Shown here piece after piece: positions 1 through 6,810 of a DNA stretch of 32,057 nucleotides. The stretch covers positions 1 through 32,057 of the forward strand of contig CBDTUP010000002.1 in the NCBI GenBank assembly GCA_965363685.1, given 5' to 3'. A model generated the notes under the pieces. It saw nothing but the letters and a program-made list of their open reading frames with translations, did no database searches and was not told where the DNA came from. This DNA is from an uncultured bacterium. Lineage in GTDB: Bacteria > Actinomycetota > Acidimicrobiia > Spongiisociales > JAHEDJ01. Both the position numbers and the translations under genes were made by a program. The first letter of the stretch is position 1. Each line of letters opens with the position of its first letter.

Positions 1-1
1 C

Positions 2-448
2 TTTCTGATGTATAGCGCTTCGCTTGCTCCACACTTCGCCGGCCTTTCGCTCCCCCGTAGAGCACTCGCCGCCTATTTACTGACGGACCAGGCATATGCA
101 TTCTCTATCACCCGGTACCGCGACCAAACGTGGGATGTTCGGCAGAAGCTTGTCTACTACTTGAGTGTCGGCGGGACGCTCTGGCTGGTCTGGCAATCTT
201 CAACGGCGCTTGGGGCTGCACTGGGTGCCGGGATGCCTGAGGAATGGTCGCTCGATTTCGCGGTACCGCTGGTATTCCTCGCGCTTCTCGTGCCCGCGAT
301 TCGCGACAAGGCAGACGGACTGGCCGCACTGGTCGCCGGTGCACTGGCTGTGCTGGCGGCTGGTCTGCCCTCCAACCTGGCATTACCGATAGCTGCGCTT
401 GCCGGAATCGGGGGAGGCGTTTTCATCGAGAGGAAGCGACCGGCATGA
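2..448 (+). CDS. azlC: AzlC-family branched-chain amino acid exporter subunit, C-terminal part (5' end lies outside the window)
   Basis: Track ORF 8..448 stays open to the window edge. It is polytopic and hydrophobic and carries an LLTDQAYAF motif typical of AzlC. Its stop overlaps the next start as ATGA (445-448), the usual azlC-azlD coupling. Confidence 0.65.
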   Translation, partial: FLMYSASLAPHFAGLSLPRRALAAYLLTDQAYAFSITRYRDQTWDVRQKLVYYLSVGGTLWLVWQSSTALGAALGAGMPEEWSLDFAVPLVFLALLVPAIRDKADGLAALVAGALAVLAAGLPSNLALPIAALAGIGGGVFIERKRPA

Positions 449-780
449 CCAGTTACACCTCCACCACCGTCTGGCTACTCATATGTGTAATCGGCATCGG
501 GACCTTTGGCCTCCGCTTTGCTCTCATCGCCCTAGCCGATAGAGGCGACCGAATCCCGGACTCAATCCAGAGAGGCCTTCGCTTCATCCCGCCCGCGGTA
601 CTGGCAGCAATCGCCGCACCCGCTTTTCTACTGGTCGATGACGCCATCGACGTCACCACCGACAATCTACGCCTATTCGCCGGGTTGCTGGCATATCTGG
701 TTGCCTGGCGCACCAAGAGCGTCCTCTGGACGATCATCTCGGGCATGGTTGCTCTCTGGATTCTCCAGGCAGTCACATAA
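445..780 (+). CDS. azlD: AzlD branched-chain amino acid transport protein (111 aa)
   Basis: There is an in-frame ATG at 445 inside track ORF 244..780. The upstream 67 codons are an Arg/Gly-rich out-of-frame shadow of azlC. The protein is small and hydrophobic and starts MTSYTSTTVWLLICVIGIGTFGLRF. Confidence 0.7.
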   Translation: MTSYTSTTVWLLICVIGIGTFGLRFALIALADRGDRIPDSIQRGLRFIPPAVLAAIAAPAFLLVDDAIDVTTDNLRLFAGLLAYLVAWRTKSVLWTIISGMVALWILQAVT

Positions 781-788
781 CTGAATTC

Positions 789-819
789 GGGGACCTCCCG
801 AAGGAGGTCCCCGACTTTT
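789..819 (+). terminator. Rho-independent terminator after azlD
   Basis: The stem is GGGGACCTCC (789-798) paired with GGAGGTCCCC (803-812), with loop CGAA. It is followed by GACTTTTC. Confidence 0.75.
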
Positions 820-1190
820 CTAACCGGGTCCGTTGCGGGCAGGAGCCCTGGGCGGACGGTTCTTGGGTCGCTGTGGCGGACGCTGGTTCACCGGTCGCTT
901 TTTGTTGCGATGATGTCGCTCTTGTCCGATAGCGCGCACAGCGCGGACGTCATAGTGATACATGGCTTGCCTTTCGATTCGGTGGTGTTTGCACGAACGC
1001 GGTTCTACCGCGGCGTGTTGATCGAGAGACTCCGGGACGGCCGTCCCGGTTAGCGAGCGAAGAGAACGCTCACCGGGGTGGCAACAGCCAGAGTGCCGGA
1101 GATCTTCGAGATTGTCATCATTGCGGCACCTCCTTCCGAGAGCGGTCTAAGACAACATATCGCATCCGTCGACTGGATGCGGGGGAATAA

Positions 1191-1232
1191 ACCGAGCGGT
1201 CAGCTATCAGCATCCAGCCACCAGCAAGAAGC
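1191..1232. repeat. Heptad tandem array (6 units)
   Basis: Plus strand in phase reads ACCGAGC GGTCAGC TATCAGC ATCCAGC CACCAGC AAGAAGC. The minus strand reads GCTTCTT GCTGGTG GCTGGAT GCTGATA GCTGACC GCTCGGT. Confidence 0.7.
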
Positions 1233-1251
1233 CCGGCGTCTGCCTACTGGG

Positions 1252-1257
1252 TACCAT
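1252..1257 (+). promoter_or_regulatory. Candidate -10 box (TACCAT) for a leaderless plsC
   Basis: The hexamer fits TANNNT, is followed by 6 nt (CAGGTC) and then ATG 1264. There is no SD sequence. Confidence 0.35.
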
Positions 1258-1263
1258 CAGGTC

Positions 1264-2034
1264 ATGGAGCGACCAAGGCCCATATGGCTCAAGATCATCG
1301 ATTGGGTCACGACGATCCCCATGCTCATTGCCTTCGGAACGACGCTGGTACTTGGTGATATTGCCGCCCGCCTGGCCCGCTTGTTCGGCTTCCGGCCGAT
1401 GGAGGTGGCCATCGGCGCAGCTCAAAGGGTTCTGATATGGACTTTTCGGATTTCTGGAGTCCGGCTGACCGTGGACCGCCACCCGGACGTCCTGCCGGGC
1501 AAGGGTTACATCTTTCTGTCGAACCATCAGAGCCTGTTCGACGTTCCGATCTTCGGCGGGACTCTCTTCTCGAACTACCCGAAATACGTCGCCAAGAAGG
1601 AACTCACAAATTGGATCCCCCTGATCTCGTTCAACCTCAAACACGGCGGCAACGTACTGATCGACCGGGGCAATCGCATTGAAGCCGTCAGAGCCATAAA
1701 GGAGTTCGGAGCGACCTGCGAAGAACGAAATGTTTCGGCGGTCATCTTCCCGGAAGGCACTCGGTCTCGGGACGGGAATCTCAGAGAGTTTCGGACTGCC
1801 GGAGCAGCAATGTTGCTCGACGCGGCCCCTTCGCTGCAGATCGTCCACACCACAATCGACGGTTCCTGGAAGCTGCTTCGCAACAAGATGTTCCCGATTC
1901 CGTTCGGTACGAGGGTTCGAATCAAGTTCGACGCACCAATCGATCGCGCTCCCGACGTCGACTCATCGTCACTGGTCGCCGCGGCTCGGGAACAGATTCA
2001 AGCGAACTTGGACATCTGGCGTCTGCCGGCCTAG
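1264..2034 (+). CDS. plsC: 1-acyl-sn-glycerol-3-phosphate acyltransferase (PlsC family)
   Basis: It has the NHQSLFD (HX4D) and FPEGTRS acyltransferase motifs and an N-terminal TM helix. I prefer ATG 1264 over the track start 1078 because 1191-1232 is a 7-nt tandem repeat, which is unlikely to be coding. Confidence 0.8.
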   Translation: MERPRPIWLKIIDWVTTIPMLIAFGTTLVLGDIAARLARLFGFRPMEVAIGAAQRVLIWTFRISGVRLTVDRHPDVLPGKGYIFLSNHQSLFDVPIFGGTLFSNYPKYVAKKELTNWIPLISFNLKHGGNVLIDRGNRIEAVRAIKEFGATCEERNVSAVIFPEGTRSRDGNLREFRTAGAAMLLDAAPSLQIVHTTIDGSWKLLRNKMFPIPFGTRVRIKFDAPIDRAPDVDSSSLVAAAREQIQANLDIWRLPA

Positions 2035-2082
2035 GAATACAGCAACAGTCCAAGATCAGCGCGGAGAACCTCGAAGGCGAGA

Positions 2083-2358
2083 TCAAACGATAAGCTCGCC
2101 GTTACCCCACGAGTCACCTGGAATGTCCCCCCGAGCTCCCTCCGAACGAATTTCCTCGATCACGTGCTCGACCTCTGGTTCGAGGATCGAAGCGATCTCC
2201 ATAGCTGCCAGCGCTCCCGCACCGATGGACCCGGGACTGTTGCCGTAGTAGATCCAGCCCCGGTTTCCCATCCACATCAACAACCGCCGGAGTCCGTACG
2301 CGACGACGCCCGCGACGATTACGACGAGGCTTGCTAGAACGACAGGGTGAATGAACAC
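2083..2358 (-). CDS. Hypothetical small membrane protein (91 aa, one N-terminal TM helix, acidic C-terminus; possibly DUF6191-like)
   Basis: Third-position GC looks coding-like. The N-terminus is hydrophobic (MFIHPVVLASLVVIVAGVVAYGL). No recognisable catalytic motif. Confidence 0.5.
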   Translation of the reverse strand: MFIHPVVLASLVVIVAGVVAYGLRRLLMWMGNRGWIYYGNSPGSIGAGALAAMEIASILEPEVEHVIEEIRSEGARGDIPGDSWGNGELIV

Positions 2359-2371
2359 ATTGTGTCACAGA

Positions 2372-2399
2372 AGAGCCCCGGCGATCTAGCCGGGACTCT
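2372..2399 (-). terminator. Terminator hairpin downstream of ssrA
   Basis: On the minus strand AGAGTCCCGGC-TAGATC-GCCGGGGCTCT forms an 11-bp stem with one mismatch. It is followed by TCTGTG and begins 6 nt after the tmRNA 3' end. Confidence 0.6.
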
Positions 2400-2404
2400 T
2401 ATAG

Positions 2405-2759
2405 TGGAGGTGCGGGGAGTTGAACCCCGGTCCGTCGAATCATCAGCGCTGGCATCTCCGAGCGCAGCCTTCAGCAAGCATTCGGAACAATGGGACTCTG
2501 ATGGCTAGTTTCCCGCTGCCCTATCCGGAGTTGGTCTTTCCCCCTTGGTCCCGGAATCCCTCGGGGGGCATCCTGCATTGCGACGCCTGGATCCGGCGGG
2601 GCAGGAACCCTCCGGGCAGACGAGCTGCGTTTAGTTACGCAGCCAGGGCGAAGTTATCTTCGGCACCTATTGGTGTTTGCCGGCTCTTTAACGAGGACTC
2701 CGGCGACCTCGGCTCGCTTCCAGCGCCTCAACATTCAACGTCGAAACCGTTTCACCCCC
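2405..2759 (-). ncRNA. ssrA: tmRNA (SsrA), about 355 nt, CCA not encoded
   Basis: The 5' end GGGGGTGAAACGGTTTCGACG pairs with the 3' end GGTTCAACTCCCCGCACCTCCA. This gives an acceptor stem with a G3:U pair and a T-arm. The tag frame follows a UAG-GU context: GCC GAA GAT AAC TTC GCC CTG GCT GCG TAA = AEDNFALAA* (2635-2664). Confidence 0.93.
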
Positions 2760-2810
2760 ATGGGTTGTGTTCTATGCAACGTTACAGGGAGCGGTGTATT
2801 CCGCACAAGG

Positions 2811-2859
2811 AGGTATTGGGTACCAGGTAGTAGGTAGTAGGTAGTGGCCAATCGCGTAT
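2811..2859. repeat. Heptad tandem array (7 units, 3 perfect AGGTAGT)
   Basis: In phase: AGGTATT GGGTACC AGGTAGT AGGTAGT AGGTAGT GGCCAAT CGCGTAT. Confidence 0.8.
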
Positions 2860-2877
2860 CGTCTGGGCGCCTCCAGC

Positions 2878-2883
2878 TACGGT
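2878..2883 (+). promoter_or_regulatory. Candidate -10 box (TACGGT) for a leaderless GGCT-like gene
   Basis: The hexamer fits TANNNT, is followed by 6 nt (TCACTG) and then GTG 2890. There is no SD sequence. Confidence 0.3.
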
Positions 2884-2889
2884 TCACTG

Positions 2890-3324
2890 GTGCTCTACTT
2901 TGCCTATGGGTCCAACATGGCCTCAGATGTGATGCTCGAGCGGTGCCCCGGAGCCACGGCACAGGGCTCCGCCCGTCTCGACAATCACCGTCTCGCCTTT
3001 CGTCTGCCGTCGCAGCGCTGGGGAGGGCACGCAGCCGATATCGCCGATGAAGCCGGATCGTTCACCTGGGGCGTGCTGTGGGCCATCACACCGGAACACC
3101 TCACCACCCTCGACCAACACGAAGCCAGATACGACCGTCGTTGGGTGCAACCGCACAACGAACGCGGTGTTGAAGCCGTCACCTACCGGGTCAAGCCGGA
3201 TTCGATCGGACCCGACGGCTCACCCCACCCCACATACCTCGATCACCTCATCCAAGGTGCAATCGAACACGGGCTCCCCAAGAGCTACGTTGCCGAACTC
3301 AGGTCTTATCTGGCCAAGGGCTAA
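2890..3324 (+). CDS. Gamma-glutamylcyclotransferase / AIG2-like family protein
   Basis: The N-terminal YFAYGSNM motif is characteristic of the GGCT fold. The start is GTG and the protein is 144 aa. Confidence 0.7.
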   Translation: MLYFAYGSNMASDVMLERCPGATAQGSARLDNHRLAFRLPSQRWGGHAADIADEAGSFTWGVLWAITPEHLTTLDQHEARYDRRWVQPHNERGVEAVTYRVKPDSIGPDGSPHPTYLDHLIQGAIEHGLPKSYVAELRSYLAKG

Positions 3325-3360
3325 TGGCCAATAGCTAGGGGCGGCCGGCCGAAGGCCGGC
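3312..3360. repeat. Heptad tandem array (7 units) running into a GC hairpin
   Basis: In phase: GGCCAAG GGCTAAT GGCCAAT AGCTAGG GGCGGCC GGCCGAA GGCCGGC. The array begins in the last codons of the GGCT-like gene, and its TAA stop lies in unit 2. Confidence 0.7.
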
Positions 3361-3361
3361 C
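3343..3361. terminator. Bidirectional GC-rich hairpin between the convergent GGCT-like gene and smpB
   Basis: GGCCGGCC-GAA-GGCCGGCC forms an 8-bp perfect stem. There is no U tract on either strand, as is common for actinobacterial terminators. Confidence 0.5.
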
Positions 3362-3813
3362 TACTGCCGGCCCCTCCGTCTGAGCGCCCTGTCCATTTCG
3401 CGCTTCTGTTCCTTGGCCCTCAACGACTGTCTCTTGTCATACGACCGTTTGCCCCGACCGAGACCGAGTTCGATCTTCGCCTTTCCATCGGTGAAGTAGA
3501 TTCTGAGGGGTACGAGAGTCAACCCCTTCTCGGCCAGTTTCGAGGCTACGCGATCAATCTCGCGCCGGTGCAGGAGCAGCTTGCGCTCCCGCTCCGGATC
3601 ATGGCCGCCGAGCCGGGAGAAGGCGTAGGGAGCAATATGGCACCCAACCAGCCATAGTTCGCCGTCTCGAACAGTGGCATAGGAGTCCTTCAGGTTCGCC
3701 TGGCCATCTCGAAGGCTCTTGACCTCAGATCCCACGAGGACCATGCCCGCTTCGAAGGTCTCTAGGATCTCATGATCGTGGCGGGCGCGCCGGTTGGTGG
3801 TGACGACTTTCAT
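3361..3813 (-). CDS. smpB: SsrA-binding protein SmpB
   Basis: The sequence reads MKVVTTNRRARHDHEILETFEAGMVLVGSEVKSLR... and has a basic C-terminal tail. ATG 3813 overlaps the upstream stop as TGATG, so I prefer it to the track start 3855. Confidence 0.9.
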   Translation of the reverse strand: MKVVTTNRRARHDHEILETFEAGMVLVGSEVKSLRDGQANLKDSYATVRDGELWLVGCHIAPYAFSRLGGHDPERERKLLLHRREIDRVASKLAEKGLTLVPLRIYFTDGKAKIELGLGRGKRSYDKRQSLRAKEQKREMDRALRRRGRQ

Positions 3814-5003
3814 CAACCGCTGAGGTAGTTCATCGGATTCACCGGCGTTCCCCATTCGCGAGTCTCAAAATGAAGATGAGGCCCGGTCGAATAACCGGTG
3901 GTTCCGACATATCCAACTGTATCGCCCACGACCAGCGACTGGCCGATGCTCACAGCGATGGAGCTCTGATGAGCGTATAGAGTCGAGAGTCCGCCGCCGT
4001 GATCGATCACAACCGCGTTGCCGTAGCCGCCGTACCAGCTGGCCAAAATCACGGTACCGCTTCCGGCGGCGCGGATCGTGGTGCCACTGGCGGCATTGAG
4101 GTCAAGGCCGGTATGGAGTTTTCGCACTCCCGAGATGGGATGAATCCGATATCCGAATGGAGACGAGATCGAGGCGTCTACCGGCCAGCTCAGTATCCCA
4201 GGATTCTCCCCACCCGACGATTGAGCTGCTCTGATTGCCGCCTCAACTGCTGCGGCATCCTTCTCGAGCGCGGTGATCTCACCTTCGATTTCGGCGATAT
4301 CGGCCTGCACCGCGGCAAGCAGGTCGCGCACAGACTCGAGCTCGACCTGGACCTCCTGCTCCTTCTCTTCGAGGAGCAATCGATCGGAGACGAGCTCTCT
4401 GCGCTCGATTTCGAGCGTGACGAGGATGGCTTCGGTTCTCTGCTTGTTCTCCTCAATCTGCTCCTGTTGCAGTTCCTCCTGATGCTTGAGCACCTCGAGA
4501 CGCCGCAGGAGCGCCTCGGAATCCTCAATCACCTGTCCGGCATACTCAAGTCCGACCGTCACGTCTGCCATCTCATCGACGGCCAGCAAGACGCCGCCGA
4601 CATTCAGGGATCGCGACATGTAGAGATCGACTGCCCGCTCCTGGACGGTTTCCACCGTTTGGCGGATCTCGAGTTGGGTACCTGCGATCTGCGCTTCGAG
4701 ATTGGAGATAGAGACTTCGAGATCGGAGAGTTCTGCCTCATTGGCGGCGATGTCCGCCTCCTTGGCGTCGACCCGACCCTGGACCTCACTGATCTGGGCC
4801 TGCAGGGTCTCGAGGCGTGCGGCCACCGCGGCGACCTCGGCAGCCCGTTGATCCTTGATCTCCTTCTGCGCCCTTATCTGGCTGTTGAGATCGTCGATCT
4901 CCTGCTCGATTTCGCTCAGCTTCTGTTCGTTCGACTGAGCCCCAACCGGAAGCGATAGCGCCAGCGCCAGGAGCATTGCAATAGGGATCATCCCGCGTTT
5001 CAT
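3813..5003 (-). CDS. Secreted coiled-coil M23 (LytM-domain) peptidoglycan metalloendopeptidase, EnvC-like
   Basis: It has a signal peptide (MKRGMIPIAMLLALALSLPVGAQS) and a Glu/Leu/Gln-rich coiled coil of about 250 aa. The C-terminal M23 domain has HTGLD (HxxxD) and GPHLHFE (HxH). It lies directly downstream of ftsEX. Confidence 0.85.
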   Translation of the reverse strand: MKRGMIPIAMLLALALSLPVGAQSNEQKLSEIEQEIDDLNSQIRAQKEIKDQRAAEVAAVAARLETLQAQISEVQGRVDAKEADIAANEAELSDLEVSISNLEAQIAGTQLEIRQTVETVQERAVDLYMSRSLNVGGVLLAVDEMADVTVGLEYAGQVIEDSEALLRRLEVLKHQEELQQEQIEENKQRTEAILVTLEIERRELVSDRLLLEEKEQEVQVELESVRDLLAAVQADIAEIEGEITALEKDAAAVEAAIRAAQSSGGENPGILSWPVDASISSPFGYRIHPISGVRKLHTGLDLNAASGTTIRAAGSGTVILASWYGGYGNAVVIDHGGGLSTLYAHQSSIAVSIGQSLVVGDTVGYVGTTGYSTGPHLHFETREWGTPVNPMNYLSG

Positions 5004-5007
5004 GACT

Positions 5008-5895
5008 TCACTCCCTCAGGTACCTGCGGACACCGAGCGCCGAGCCAAGGAACCCGGCCACTGCTCCGAACAGGAGGAACAAGATCGTCCAACGCCAGAA
5101 GAACGAATCGGCCACCTGGAAGTCGAAGAGTCCGATCGTGTCATCGATTCCTTCGAGCCGTGATCGCATGAAGAACACCATTACCACGGAAAACAATGCG
5201 CCGATGAACCCCTGCAGCATTCCCTCCAGCAGGAACGGGACCCGTATGAACCAGTTAGAAGCGCCGACGAGCTTCATGATCCCGATTTCCTCCCGACGGG
5301 CGTAGATAGCCATGCGGATGGTATTGGAGATCAAGACGACGGCCGAACCACCTTGGACTATCGCCAGCACCACGCCAATCATGTTGAGCACACTGCTGAG
5401 ATCGGCCAGTTGTTCAATGCTCTCGCCGGGTGAGGTGACTTCTTTGACCACCGGCTGATCAATCAATCGGAGTTGAATTGCCCTGTATTCCTCGATATTG
5501 AGGAGCTTGATTCGGATCGAAGCGGGCAGGATGGCCGGGTTCACATTCTCGAGCATCGCCGGGTTGCTGGCGAACATCTCCTGGAACTCTTGATATGCCT
5601 CGGCCTTGCCGACAAACGCGGCGTCGTCGACTTCTTCCCAATCGTTGACTTGATCGAGCAGGCCCATCTGGGCTTCAAACGTCACCCCGTCACGCACTTC
5701 ATCTTTCAGCCAGACGATGACATGGACACCGTCCTGCCACTGCAACGTATTGGCCTTCACCAGTTCGTTGAGAATGAGAGCGCTGAATGCGAGGGTCAGC
5801 GAGACAAAGACGGCGAGAACCGCGCCCACGACCACGAGTGCGTGGCGGCCCATATTGATGAAGGCTTCGCGGAGGAGGTATGAGATCCGGCTCAT
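5008..5895 (-). CDS. ftsX: Cell-division ABC transporter permease FtsX
   Basis: It has one N-terminal TM segment, an extracytoplasmic domain and three C-terminal TM segments. Its start overlaps the ftsE stop as ATGA (5892-5895). Confidence 0.88.
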   Translation of the reverse strand: MSRISYLLREAFINMGRHALVVVGAVLAVFVSLTLAFSALILNELVKANTLQWQDGVHVIVWLKDEVRDGVTFEAQMGLLDQVNDWEEVDDAAFVGKAEAYQEFQEMFASNPAMLENVNPAILPASIRIKLLNIEEYRAIQLRLIDQPVVKEVTSPGESIEQLADLSSVLNMIGVVLAIVQGGSAVVLISNTIRMAIYARREEIGIMKLVGASNWFIRVPFLLEGMLQGFIGALFSVVMVFFMRSRLEGIDDTIGLFDFQVADSFFWRWTILFLLFGAVAGFLGSALGVRRYLRE

Positions 5896-6689
5896 GCTTC
5901 CGGCTCCGCCTCGACTTCAGCCGGGTCGTCCGCTATCTCGACAGTCTGTGCATCGACCGGGTCCTCTTTCGCCGCATCCCCGGAATCCAGAATGGTCGTC
6001 GTCTCCTGGAAGTGCTCATAGCGACCACCCGATTGGTCTCGCACGATTCGGCCCGACTCCAGTTGCACCACGCGGCGCCGCATCGCATCGACGATCGCGT
6101 GATCGTGCGTCGCCATCACAATGGTTGTCCCGGTTCGATTGATTCGGTCCAGCAGTTTCATGATCCCGACCGATGTAGCGGGATCGAGGTTCCCGGTCGG
6201 TTCATCCGCGAGCATGATTGGCGGCCGGTTGACGAATGCACGAGCGATCGAAACGCGCTGTTGTTCGCCGCCGGATAGCTGCTTGGGTTTCCTGTCGGCT
6301 TTTCCATCGAGACCGACGAGATCGAGAACCTGACCCACCTGACGCTTTATCACCGAACGGGGGCGCCCAAGCACCTCGAGAGCGAAGGCAACGTTCTCTC
6401 CCACGGTCTTGTTCGGCAGTAGCTTGAAATCCTGGAACACCGTGCCGATGGAACGACGCAAGAAGGGAACCTTCCATGAAGGCATCTTCGTCACGTCCTT
6501 GCCTGCCACCCAGATCGAACCCCTGGTGACGTCGTCCTGCCGCAGCATCAGCCGGATGAGGGTGGACTTGCCGGAGCCGGATGGACCGACGAGAAAGACG
6601 AACTCACCCTTGGGCACCTCGAGGTTGGCGTCGCGGACGGCGACGGTGCCACCTTCATAAACTTTGGTGACTTCTTGAAGTCGGATCAT
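5892..6689 (-). CDS. ftsE: Cell-division ATP-binding protein FtsE with an acidic C-terminal extension of about 40 aa
   Basis: It has Walker [10 protein letters not shown], signature LSGGEQQR and Walker [14 protein letters not shown] take ATG 6689 ([14 protein letters not shown]) as the start. The tail is ...[23 protein letters not shown]. Confidence 0.9.
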   Translation of the reverse strand: MIRLQEVTKVYEGGTVAVRDANLEVPKGEFVFLVGPSGSGKSTLIRLMLRQDDVTRGSIWVAGKDVTKMPSWKVPFLRRSIGTVFQDFKLLPNKTVGENVAFALEVLGRPRSVIKRQVGQVLDLVGLDGKADRKPKQLSGGEQQRVSIARAFVNRPPIMLADEPTGNLDPATSVGIMKLLDRINRTGTTIVMATHDHAIVDAMRRRVVQLESGRIVRDQSGGRYEHFQETTTILDSGDAAKEDPVDAQTVEIADDPAEVEAEPEA

Positions 6690-6791
6690 TAGAAAAACTC
6701 CGGGCTGCCGCGCCGAGCGCGACAAGACCCACTAGATGCTTTGACCCCTACTCCATCCCGCCAGCGGCAGATTACCAAGGGACGCGGTGAT

Positions 6792-6810
6792 TGCGAATCA
6801 ATGCGAATCA
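6792..6810. repeat. Direct 9-mer duplication spanning the prfB stop codon
   Basis: TGCGAATCA occurs at 6792-6800 and 6802-6810. On the mRNA strand this reads TGATTCGCA-T-TGATTCGCA, and the first TGA is the prfB stop. Confidence 0.6.

Noticed and set aside
1078-1263. N-terminal extension of plsC from the track start
   Set aside because: It contains a 42-nt heptad tandem repeat and hairpins. The acyltransferase TM helix and motifs all lie downstream of ATG 1264.
1905-1930. GGTTCGAATC, a tRNA T-loop-like string
   Set aside because: It lies inside the plsC coding frame, and no acceptor or anticodon arms can be drawn around it. I found no tRNA in the window other than the tRNA-like domain of tmRNA.
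781-2404. Possible genomic island integrated at the ssrA 3' end
   Set aside because: I found no direct repeat of the tmRNA 3' end downstream; there is only an 8-nt GCACCTCC match at about 1125 in the wrong orientation. There is no integrase, and the flanking genes (plsC, azlCD) are ordinary housekeeping genes.
2420-2830. A 136-aa plus-strand ORF
   Set aside because: It overlaps the tmRNA gene on the opposite strand almost completely. It has no motifs and no SD sequence.
3999-4958. A 319-aa plus-strand ORF, with similar long antisense ORFs at 9344..10231, 11413..12375, 16041..16838, 20974..21972, 21392..22114, 24978..25838 and 26361..26825
   Set aside because: Each lies fully antisense to, or out of frame within, a gene with clear family motifs (M23, SecA, HD-GYP/HEAT, AhcY, GT-C, DUF5719/GT2). 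Their translations are low-complexity Arg/Gly/Ser/Pro-rich, as expected for shadow ORFs in GC-rich DNA.
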